Assembly: GCA_030390025.1 (NCBI GenBank) | Contig: JASTWF010000346.1 | Location: forward strand, 310,001 to 374,000 | Direction: 5' to 3' | From: Squalus acanthias | Lineage: Eukaryota | Length of the DNA stretch: 64,000 bases | Shown here: piece after piece, positions 1 through 9,535 of the stretch | Layout of the letters: each line of letters starts with the position of its first letter | How positions within the stretch are numbered: the first letter of the stretch is position 1 | Translations under genes and position numbers: made by a program | The notes under the pieces: generated by a model | Databases searched by the model: none | Told to the model about the DNA's origin: nothing | What the model saw: the letters and a program-made list of their open reading frames with translations, nothing else

Positions 1-194
1 TATGCCTCTTTCAGCTCACGTTAGGCTTTTGGATTGTTTGTCGATGCATAATGGTGTAACTGAGTGATGTTTCTGAAGTGTTAATGCATTATTATGCAGT
101 TCTTTTATATCCCAGTCATTTCTGACAAGTAATTTTTTATTAAATAGAGTTTGTACATGATGAACTAAAAGCTGTTAATTCATTCTACTGTAAA

Positions 195-480
195 CAAACT
201 TGCAGAATGGGCATGTAAATGACAAATAAATTTCAATATAGATAAGTGTGAGGCGGTGCATTTTGGTAGGAGGAATAAGGAGGCTACCTACTCCTTGGAA
301 AATAAGAGTCTAAATGGAGTAGAGGTGCAAAGGGATCGAGGGGTACAGATTCACAAATCATTAAAAGTAGCAATGCAGGTTAAAAAAGCCATAAAAGTGC
401 AAATAAAGTACTGGGCCTCTTTTCTAGAGGAATAGAATTCAAAAGCAGAGACGTTATGTTAAACTTATATAGAACCTTGT
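195..480 (+). mobile_element. Degraded CR1 LINE fragment (RT C-terminal region)
   Basis: Similar to other CR1 copies in the window (KCEAVHFGRRN...IEFKSRDVMLNLYRTL), with stops. Confidence 0.75.
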
Positions 481-543
481 CTGATTGTCTCATGATTGAG
501 ACGGTGGGGTGGCAATATGGCATTACCGGATATAAGCTTTTAG

Positions 544-590
544 GTGGTTGCTGTTGCTGTCGTTGTTGTAAAAGTTGTTGTTGTTGTTTT
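544..590 (+). repeat. (GTT)n-like microsatellite
   Basis: gttgctgttgctgtcgttgttg...gttgttgttgttg. Confidence 0.7.
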
Positions 591-679
591 GAAATTTGCT
601 CATGGATGAAAAGGTCGCTCTCAATGGAGTTAGTGGCCTGCTCAGTACAAAAAAAAATTAGAGGGAACATTGCTTGGGG

Positions 680-1010
680 GTCAGGGATCCGGTGTCAGGC
701 CGTTTGCTCCATCTCACCATTCACCTTGGGGACATGCCACTTCACTTGTTGAATGTGTACGCTACCCAGGCAAGTGTGCTTCTTTGAAGAAGTGTCCACT
801 TAACTCTACTCCATCAAAGCTGGCGAATGCATAATCCTCGGGGGGAGCTTTAACTGTACCCTCGAGGTCTGGGACCGCTCTGGTCTTCCGCAGATCCTGT
901 CGTCAATGAAGAAGCTGAGGGATTTTGTCCGGTGACTCAAATTGGTGGATGTCTGGTGAAATCTCCATCCAACTCCATCTCCACTTTTGTAGGGACTGGA
1001 GGAGGAAGCA
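680..1010 (+). mobile_element. Old Tx1-clade LINE, endonuclease fragment (piece 1 of a split element)
   Basis: Degenerate APE motifs (LNVYA; IILGG-FNCTL). Collinear with the Tx1 pieces at 4569-5920 and 12853-13230. Confidence 0.6.
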
Positions 1011-1283
1011 CCAGAATTGACCACCATTACATTACCCGGATGTACATAAGAACATAAGAACATAAGAAATAGGAGCAGGAGTAGGCCAATCGGCCCCTCG
1101 AGCCTGCTCCGCCATTCAATAAGATCATGGCTGATCTGATCCTAACCGCCAATCTACTATCTATCACAGAACCATCTCCTGCATCTAACAGAATTGCACA
1201 CACGAAATAGGAGCAGAATCAGGCTACACAGTCCCTGGGCCCGCTCCACTACCCACAGGGCCATGACCGATCCGAACCTAGAC

Positions 1284-4235
1284 TCATGTCCAAATTCCTG
1301 CCCGCTCCCCGTAACCCTTAATGCCCTTTACTTCTAGGAAACTGTCTATTTCTGTTTTAAATTTAATTAATGTTGTAGCTTCTACAGCTTTTTGTGGCAG
1401 CATATTCCATGGACCTACCACCCTCTGAGTGAAGTAGTTCCTCCTCATCTCAGTTTTGAAAGAGCAGCCCCTTATTCTAAGACTATGTCCCCTAGTTCTC
1501 GTCTCACCCGTCATCGGGAACATCCTCCCCGCATCCACCCGATCCAACCCCTTCACAATCTTATATGTTTCAATAAGATCGCCTCTCATTCTTCTGAACT
1601 CCAATGAGTAGAGTCCCAATCTACCCAACCTCTCCTCATATGACCACCCCCTCATCCCCGGGATTAACCGAGTGAACCTTTTTTGCACTGCCTCGAGAGC
1701 AAGGATGTCTTTCCTTAAGTAAGGACACCAAAACTGTATGCAGTATTCCAGGTGCGGTCTCACCAATACCTTGTACAACTGAAGCAATACCTCCCTATTT
1801 TTATATTCTATCCCCCTAGCAATGAAAGCCAACATTCCATTTGCCTTCTTAATCACTTGCTGCACCTGCATACTAACCTTTTGAGTTTCGTGCACCAGGA
1901 CCCCCAGATCCCTTTGCACTTCAGTACTCTCCAGTTTCTTGCCATTAAGATAATAAATTGCTCTAGGATTTTTCCTGCCAAAGTGCATCACCTCACACTT
2001 TCCAGTGTTGTATTCCATCTGCCAAATCTCTGCCCACTTACTTAGCCTGTCTATGTCCCCTTGCAGGTTTTTTATGTCCTCCTCACTCACTACTTTCCCT
2101 CCCATCTTTGTATCATCTGCAAATTTTGATATGTTACACTTGGTCCCTTCCTCCAAATCGTTAATATAGATTGTGAAGAGTTGGGGACCCAGCACTGACC
2201 CCTGTGGAACACCACTAGTTACTGATTGCCAGTCTGAGAATGAACCATTTATCCCAACTCTTTGCTTTCTGTTAGATAGCCAATCCTCTATCCATGCCAG
2301 AATATTACCCCCAATCCCGTGATTTTTTACCTTAAGCAATAATCTTTTGTGTGGCACCTTGTCAAATGCCTTTTGGAAGTCTAAATACACTACGTCCACT
2401 GGTTCCCCTTTATCCACTCTATATGTTACTTCCTCAAAGAACTCCAGCAAATTTGTCAAACATGACTTCCCCTTCGTAAAACCATGCTGACTTTGTCCTA
2501 TTAAATTATGATTATCCAAATGTCCTGTTACTGTTTCCTTAATAATGGACTCCAAAATTTTACCTACCACAGATGTTAGGCTAACCGGTCTATAGTTACC
2601 AGCCTTCTGTCTACTGCCCTTTTTAAATAAGGGTGTTACATTAGCAGTTTTCCAGTCTGCCGGGACCTTAGCGGAATCCAGGGAGTTTTGAAAAATTATT
2701 ACCAATGCATCTACAATCCCTACCGCCACTTCCTTCAAGACTCTAGGATGTAAGCCATCAGGTCCAGGTGATTTATCCGCCTTGAGTCCCATTATTTTAC
2801 CGAGTACCACTTCCTTAGTGATTTTGATCGTGTTTAGCTCCTCTCCCCCTATAGCCCCCTGTTTGTCCAGTGTTGGGATATTCTTAGTGTCCTCTACTGT
2901 AAAGACTGATACAAAATATTCATTCAGTGTTTTTGCCATCTCCATATTTCCCACCATTAATTTCCCGGTCTCATCCTCTAAGGGACCAACATTTACTTTA
3001 GCCACCCTTTTTCTTTTTATATAACTATAAAAACTCTTACTATCTGTTTTTATATTTTTTGCTAATTTACTTTCATAATCTATCTTCCCTTTCTTAATCA
3101 ATCTTTTTGTTATTTTTTGCTGCCTTTTAAAGTTTTCCCAATCCTCTGTCCTCCCACTAGATTTCGCTACCTTATATGCCCTTGTTTTTAGTCGAATACT
3201 ATCCTTAATTTCTTTACTTAGCCACGGATGACTGTCCTTTCTTTTACACCCTTTTCTTTTCAGTGGAATATATTTTTTTTGGAAGTTGTAAAATAACTCC
3301 TTGAATGTACACCACTGATCATGTGTCGTCTTACCCTTTAATCTATTTTCCCAATCCACTCTACTCAATTCCGCTCGCATACCTTCATAGTCTCCTTTAT
3401 TCAAGCTTAGCACGCTTGTTTGAGATCCAACCTTCTCACCCTCTAATTGAATATGGAATTCAACCATGTTATGGTCACTCATTCCAAGGGGATCCTTTAC
3501 TAGGACATTTTTAATTAATCCTGTCTCGTTACACAGGACCAGATCTAAGGTTGCTTGCCCCCTGGTCGGTTCAGTTACATACTGCTCAAGAAACCCATCC
3601 CTAATACACTCAATGAACTCATCCTCAAGGCAGCCCTGCCCCATTTGATTTGTCCAATTAATATGATAGTTAAAATCCCCCATAATTATAGATGTTCCCT
3701 TATTACATGCCTCAACTATTTCCTGATTGATACTCCGTCCAATAGAGTTGCAACTGTTCGGAGGCCTATAGACTACGCCCACTAATGTTTTTTTCCCCTT
3801 ATTATTCCTTATCTCCACCCAAACTGTTTCATTATCATGATTTTTTGACCCAATATCATTACTCTGTATTACAGTGATTCCTTCCTTTATTAACATAGCC
3901 ACCCCACCTCCCCTTCCTTCCTGCCTGTCCTTCCTGATCGTTAAATAACCTGGTATGTTTAATTCCCAGGCATTGTCACCCTGCAGCCATGTTTCTGTAA
4001 TGGCCACAATATCATAACCATATGTAGTTATTTGTGCCATTAACTCGTCTATTTTGTTACGAATGCTACGTGCATTCAGATAGAGAACTTTCAAATATGC
4101 TTTGTGGCACTTAGTTCCTGCTTTTTCACTTTTTACCAGTTTACCTTTTACTCCACACACTCTGTCCCTTCCTGCCACGCTCTGATTTGTGATTCCCCTA
4201 CTGCTACCTATGTCTATGACCCTCTCTGTTGTCAT
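1284..4235 (-). CDS. CR1 ORF2: APE endonuclease + reverse transcriptase (983 aa, intact)
   Basis: EN motifs YLNARS, ITETWL, MGDFN, SDHN. RT motifs [28 protein letters not shown]. No stops or frameshifts. Confidence 0.93.
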   Translation of the reverse strand: MTTERVIDIGSSRGITNQSVAGRDRVCGVKGKLVKSEKAGTKCHKAYLKVLYLNARSIRNKIDELMAQITTYGYDIVAITETWLQGDNAWELNIPGYLTIRKDRQEGRGGGVAMLIKEGITVIQSNDIGSKNHDNETVWVEIRNNKGKKTLVGVVYRPPNSCNSIGRSINQEIVEACNKGTSIIMGDFNYHINWTNQMGQGCLEDEFIECIRDGFLEQYVTEPTRGQATLDLVLCNETGLIKNVLVKDPLGMSDHNMVEFHIQLEGEKVGSQTSVLSLNKGDYEGMRAELSRVDWENRLKGKTTHDQWCTFKELFYNFQKKYIPLKRKGCKRKDSHPWLSKEIKDSIRLKTRAYKVAKSSGRTEDWENFKRQQKITKRLIKKGKIDYESKLAKNIKTDSKSFYSYIKRKRVAKVNVGPLEDETGKLMVGNMEMAKTLNEYFVSVFTVEDTKNIPTLDKQGAIGGEELNTIKITKEVVLGKIMGLKADKSPGPDGLHPRVLKEVAVGIVDALVIIFQNSLDSAKVPADWKTANVTPLFKKGSRQKAGNYRPVSLTSVVGKILESIIKETVTGHLDNHNLIGQSQHGFTKGKSCLTNLLEFFEEVTYRVDKGEPVDVVYLDFQKAFDKVPHKRLLLKVKNHGIGGNILAWIEDWLSNRKQRVGINGSFSDWQSVTSGVPQGSVLGPQLFTIYINDLEEGTKCNISKFADDTKMGGKVVSEEDIKNLQGDIDRLSKWAEIWQMEYNTGKCEVMHFGRKNPRAIYYLNGKKLESTEVQRDLGVLVHETQKVSMQVQQVIKKANGMLAFIARGIEYKNREVLLQLYKVLVRPHLEYCIQFWCPYLRKDILALEAVQKRFTRLIPGMRGWSYEERLGRLGLYSLEFRRMRGDLIETYKIVKGLDRVDAGRMFPMTGETRTRGHSLRIRGCSFKTEMRRNYFTQRVVGPWNMLPQKAVEATTLIKFKTEIDSFLEVKGIKGYGERAGIWT

Positions 4236-4273
4236 TTTTATTTTTTGCTCTCTTGAAACCTCCCCCCCACTAA

Positions 4274-4568
4274 TTAGTTTAAAGCCCTCTCCACAGCCCT
4301 AGTTATTCGATTCGCCAGGACACTAGTCCCAGCACTGGCCAAGTGAAGTCCGTCCCAACGGAACAGCTCTCTCCTGCCCCAGTACTGGTGCCAGTGTCCC
4401 AAGAAGCAAAACCCATTTTTCCCACACCAGTCTTTGAGCCACGCATTCAACTCCCTGATTTTATTTACCCTAGCCAAATTTGCTCGTGGCTCAGGTAGTA
4501 ATCCAGAGATTATTACCCTCGAGGTTCTGCTTTTTAATTTGGCCCCTAGCTGCTCAAACTCCCTCAGC
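4274..4568 (-). pseudogene. CR1 ORF1 C-terminal fragment (SGNH/GDSL esterase-like)
   Basis: ...VIISGLLP...NAWLKDWC...FRWDGLHL...RALN matches the esterase domain known from CR1 ORF1. The N-terminus is lost by 5' truncation. Confidence 0.8.
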
Positions 4569-5920
4569 ATCTTCCATGGAGCTGGTGCCGTGCTCGGGCC
4601 ACCACCTGCTGTGGAAGGAGCTTGTTCTACTCCATGTATGGGTGGGATCTGCACCCTGGCACTTCAACACCCTGCTGCTGGAGGATGAGCGGTTCTGGGA
4701 GTCGTTCTCTCACTTCACGTGGGACCATTGGAGAAGGAAGAAGGGAGGCTTCTCCTGCTTGAGGCAGGGGTTGACTAAGAGGCAGGAGTCTGAGATCAGG
4801 TGGTTGGAGAAGGAGGTGCTTCATTTTCCTAGATTGCTGGACAGGACTGCTCCGAGTGCTGTCCACAGGGGTCGAGTGCTGGTCATAAACCAACTATTGC
4901 TGCTATGTTATGGTACCGGTTGGTCACTTTCAGAGGAAGCTCGTCGACTTCTGGGACAAAAGGAAGCATTGGGTCGCCGCTGCAGTTCTGAGTCTCCCAC
5001 TTAGGGAGGGCAGTCAGACGCTGGTGTGCATTCACACCCAAGTAGCAACTTTCTGCCTTTAGGGCCTGCAGCGATACCGGTACGCGAGGATCCTCCTAGA
5101 TGGTCTGTGCTGGCGACATATTTCTTCTGCCAGTTACACGGCCTGAATTATGATATGCAGCTCCTGTTCGTTAAGTTGCTGGATATCCGTGCGTCCTTGC
5201 AGGAGGTGCCTGTCTTTTACCGGGATCTGATCAGGATCTGGAATATGGTTGCCTTCAGCTGGATTTCTCTCCCATTAGGAGCAGTGGCCATCCTATGGGA
5301 GCCGCTGCACAGGAATCCGCACCGCCGAGTGATCAGTTTCAGTGACACGTGGCCGATGGAGAGGAGGGCTCTGGATGCGAAGATAACCAGAGTCATGGAC
5401 GCATTGGATGGCGGAGAGCGGCTGGCTGTTGCCAGAGGCGTTGGCAGAATGGGTGTCATGACATTACATCCGGCCCGAGACCAAAGCCATCAAGGTGGTA
5501 ATAGTTCCATTCAGCCCGGACGCCACTCAGTGTGTCGAGGAGGCTCAAGCATGTCCGAGCTGACCTGCATTCAGACAGAATTTCTCATCAGCGCGAGGCC
5601 CCAAAACCTCCCTCGGGAGCCTACGCCTCAGAACTTGAGTCGTCTCTCGTAAATTCCCTCCATGCCATTCCACTCTGTCCGGAGGATTTCCTGTACAGGT
5701 TGCTCCTGCACACTCTCCACTTCCTCGCCCTCTTCTTCCATCCGGAGAAGCCTTGGCATGCCATCTGGCCATCCTGCGGAGGTGGGGGTCCCCAATGGAG
5801 GGCTCTCTACGCGGAGTCCTTCCCTGTACCATTGGGGATCTAGGGTGGAGACTGTTGCTTGGAGCAGTGCCAACAAATCATTTTTAAGTCACTTCACGGA
5901 CTCCCAGGCTGCCTGTAACA
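4569..5920 (+). mobile_element. Old Tx1-clade LINE, internally deleted piece 2
   Basis: GSAPWHFNTLLLEDERF, RGRVLVINQL, PPRWSVLATYFF...LNYD and YRLLLHTLHF are homologous to the Tx1 copy at 34567-36535. Confidence 0.8.
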
Positions 5921-6250
5921 TAGGGAAAAGTAGGCAAGGTGTCCTATTTGGGGAGTACTAGGAGCTAAATTAAAGAACAGGACCTCAAGGGTTATAATCT
6001 CTGGATTATTACCTGAGCCACGTGCAAATTGGCGAAGGGATAAGCTGCTTAAGGAGGTGAACATGTGCTGAAGGAGTGGTGTAGGAAGGAGGGCTTCCAT
6101 TTCATGGGGCACTGGCACCAGTATTGGGACAGAAAGGAAGTGTACCATTGGTATGGGCTGCACCTGAATCGGGCTGGGACCAGGGTCCTAGCAGACCCTG
6201 TTCTTATGTTCTTATAAATATGGCAGTCACAAGGGCTTTAAACTAGTAAA
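5921..6250 (+). mobile_element. CR1 ORF1 esterase fragment (probably the same element as 9536-12850)
   Basis: GAKLKNRTSRVIISGLLPEPRAN...HWHQYW...GLHL, homologous to 4274-4568. Confidence 0.75.
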
Positions 6251-6499
6251 TGGGGGTTGCGGGGGTGGGGGGGGGCAGGGTGAGTGGGGGGTGCAGTGGG
6301 CTCAGGTGGAAAATTTAGTATAAATAATAGTTCAAAAACAAACGAAAGGGAAGAGAGTAGAATCATAGAATGGTTACAGCACAGAAGGAGGCCATTCGGC
6401 CCGTAAAGCCAATGCCGGCTCTCTGCAAGAGCACTTCAGCAAGTCCTACTCACCCACCCTTTCCCCATAGCCCTGCAAATCCGTTGATTGTGGGATCAC

Positions 6500-7864
6500 T
6501 TAGCCCTGTCTATAGCATACTGCTTCCGCTTTTTAGCATGCATGTAGCCCTGTGTTGCAGCTTCCCCAGGTCGGCACCTCATTTTTAGGTACGCCTGGTG
6601 CTGCTCCTGACATGCTCTTCTACACTCCTCATTGAACCAGGGTTGGTCCCCTGGTTTGATGGTAATGGTAGAGTGAGGGATATGCCGGGCCATGAGGTTA
6701 CAGATTGTGGTGGAATACAATTCTGCTGCTGCTGATGGCCCACAGCGCCTCATGGATGCCCAGTTTTGAGCTGCTAGATCTGTTCTGAATCTATCCCAAT
6801 TAGCACGGTGGTCGTGCCACACAACACAATGGAGAGTGTCCTCAGTCTGAAGACGGGACTTCGTCTCCACAATGACTGTGCGGTGGTCACTGCTACCAAT
6901 ACTGTCATGGACAGATGCATCTGTGACAGGTAGATTGGTGAGGATGAGGTCAAGTAGGTTTTTTCTTCGTGTTGGTTCTCTCACCACCTGTCGCAGGCCC
7001 AGACTGGCAGTTATGTCCTTCAGGACTCGGCCAGCTCGGTCAGTACTGGTGCTACCGAGCCACTCTTGGTGATGGACATTGAAGTCCCCCACCCAGAGTA
7101 CATTCTGTGCCCTTGCTACTCTCAGTGCTTCTTCCGAGTGGTGTTCAAACTGGAGGTGTACTGATTCATCAGCTGAGGGAGGGTGGTAGGTGCTAATCAG
7201 CAGGAGGTTTCCTTGCCCATTCTTGACCTGAAGCCATGAGACTTCATGGGGTCCAGAGTCAATATTGAGGACTCTCAGCGCCACTCCTTCCCGACTGTAT
7301 ACCACTGTGCCACCACCCCTGGTGGTTCTGTCCTGCCGGTGGGACTGGACATACCCAGGGATGGTGATGGAGAAGTTTGGGATATTGTCTGAAAGGTATG
7401 ATTCTGTGAGTATGACTGTCAGGCTGTTGCTTGACTAGTCTGTGCGACAGCTCTCCCAATTTTGGCACAAGTATCCAGATGTTGGTGAGGAGGACTTTGC
7501 AGGGTCGACTGGGCTGGGTGGGCTGTTGCCGTGTCCATAGCCGATGCCAAAGTCGATGCCAGGTGGTCCGTCCGGTTTCATTCTTATTATTGTGTTTCGT
7601 AGCGGTTTGTTACAACTGAGTGGCTTGTTAGGCCATTTCAGAGGGCAGTTAAGAGTCAACCACATTGCTGTGGGTCTGGAGTCACATATAGGCCAAACCA
7701 GGTAAGGACAGCAATTTCCTTCCCTAAAGGACATTAGTGAACCAGATGGGTTCTTACGACAATCCGATAGTTTCATGGTTACCATTACTGATGCTAGCTT
7801 TTTATTCCGTTTTATTTAATGAACTGCATTTAAATTCCCCAGCTGCCGTAGTGGGATTTGAACC
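6500..7864 (-). mobile_element. LINE 'family B' (APE-RT, CR1/L2 superclade) 5' part with tRNA-like head
   Basis: EN motifs TYHPPS, WVGDFNVHH, LDLILTN, SSDH. A B-box-like GGTTCAAATCCC lies at the 5' end (7853-7864). Confidence 0.75.
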
Positions 7865-8302
7865 TGCTATATTTAGTTCCCAGTCCTGACCGTCTTGCAG
7901 CCATGTCTCAGTAATGGCTGGCATGCCATACCCTCTAAGTTGAATTTGCACCTGCAGCTCATTCAATTTATTCCTTATACTCCTTGCATTTGTATAAAGA
8001 ACGTTTATTTCGGCCACACGCCTTAACCTGTCCTTCGGCTCTAATGTTTCACTCACATGTTTCTTATTTCTCTCTCCTGTTTAATCACTTTACATTTTTT
8101 CATTTTCCATTGGCGGAAGGGTTAAGAACCAGAGGACACAAATTTAAGGTGATTGGCAGAAGAACCAAAGGCGACATGAGTAAAAACTTTTTTACGCAGC
8201 AAGTGGTTAGGATCTGGAATGCACTGCCTGAAAGGGTGGTGGAGGCAGATTCAATTGTGGCTTTCAAAAGGGAAATGGATAAGTACCTGAAGGAGAAAAA
8301 TT
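7865..8302. mobile_element. Short CR1 fragments (minus-strand EN start; plus-strand 3' end)
   Basis: LYTNARSIRNK...ITETWLQ on minus; RTRGHKFKVIG...NFFTQ on plus. Confidence 0.7.
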
Positions 8303-8304
8303 TG

Positions 8305-8375
8305 CCTCACTGTACCTGAAGCTCGTAATTTCAAATAAAACTGTTGGACTATAACCTGGTGTTGTGCGACTTCTT
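8305..8375 (+). mobile_element. Penelope-type terminal fragment with stem-II-deleted hammerhead
   Basis: Near-identical to 16891-16988 and 50200-50280 (...tttcaaataaaactgttggactataacctggtgttgtgcgac). Confidence 0.7.
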
Positions 8376-9116
8376 ATTTTTATCTCCAACAAGCGAGAGT
8401 CTAACCACTGCCCCTTGATATTCAATGGCATTGCCATCGCCGAATCCCCCACCATCAACATCCTGGGGGTCACCATTGACCAGAAACTTAACTGGACCAG
8501 CTGTATAAATACTGTGGCATCAAGAGCAGGTCAGAGGCTAGGTATTCTGCGACGAGTGTCTCATCTCCTGGCTCCCCAAAGCCTTTCCATGATCTACAAG
8601 GCACAAGTAAGGAGTGTGATGGAATACTCTCCACTTGCTTGGATCAGTGCAGCTCCAACAACACTCAAGAAGCTCGACACCATCCAGGACAAAGCAGCCC
8701 AATTGATTGGCACCCCATCCACCACCTTAAACATTCACTCCCTCCACCACCAGCGTACCGTGGCTGCAGTATGTACCATCTACAAGACGCACTGCAGTAA
8801 CACACCAAGGCTTCTTCGGCAGCACCTCCCAAACCTGCGACCGCTTCCACCTAGAAGGACAAGGGAAGCCAGCGAATGGGAACACCACCACCTCCAAGTT
8901 CCCCTCCAAGTCACACACCATCCTGACTTGGAAATATATCGCAGATCCTTCATCGTCGCTGGGTCGCTATCTTGGAACTCCCTACTTAACCACATGGTCT
9001 GCAGCGGTTCAAGAAGGCGGCTCACCACCACCTTGTCAAGGGCAATTAGGGATGGGCAATAAATGCTGGCCTTGCCAGCGACGCCCACATCCCATAAACG
9101 AATAATTAAAAAAAAT
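8376..9116 (+). mobile_element. LINE family B 3' fragment with poly-A tail
   Basis: ILGVTIDQKLNW...YKAQVRSVMEYS, then the family 3' end gggcaattagggatgggcaataaatgctggcc and an A-tail. Confidence 0.85.
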
Positions 9117-9156
9117 AACATAAGCGAGTTCAACATAGTGTTTGAAAGGGAGAAAC

Positions 9157-9535
9157 GGGTTAGATGCAGAGTAAAGCTCCCTCTACACTGTCCCATCAAA
9201 CACTCCCAGGGCAGGTACAGCACAGGTTAGACACAGAGTAAATCTCCCTCTACACTGTCCCATCAAACACTCCCAGGGCAGGTACAGCACGGGTTAGATA
9301 CAGAGTAAATCTCCCTCTACACTGTCCCATCAAACACTCCCAGGGCAGATACAGCACGGGTTAGATACAAAGTAAATCTCCCTCTGCACTGTCCCATCAA
9401 ACAATCCCAGAGCAGGTACAGCACGGGTTAGATACAGAGTAAAGCTCCCTCTACACTGTCCCATCAACCACTCCCAGGGCAGGTACAGCATGGGTTAGAT
9501 AGAGTAAAATTCCCTCTGCACTTTCCCATCAAACA
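9157..9535 (+). repeat. 67-bp tandem minisatellite, ~5.7 copies
   Basis: Unit gggttagatacagagtaaatctccctctacactgtcccatcaaacactcccagggcaggtacagcac repeated head-to-tail. Confidence 0.92.

Larger units (their letters stand above)
1045..4568 (-). mobile_element. Young CR1 LINE, 5'-truncated inside ORF1, intact ORF2
   Basis: (TTCTTATG)n 3' tail at 1045-1068, 3' stem-loop, uninterrupted ORF2, and the C-terminal part of ORF1. Confidence 0.95.

Noticed and set aside
380..752. Poly-Gln and poly-Cys ORFs
   Set aside because: These are translations of a (GTT)n microsatellite joined to CR1 sequence.
4569..4654. N-terminal part of the 126-aa ORF 4274-4654
   Set aside because: It is antisense Tx1 sequence fortuitously in frame with the truncated CR1 ORF1.
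9157..9535. CRISPR-like array (also 26303-26447)
   Set aside because: Units are head-to-tail with no unique spacers, there are no cas genes, and the context is vertebrate.
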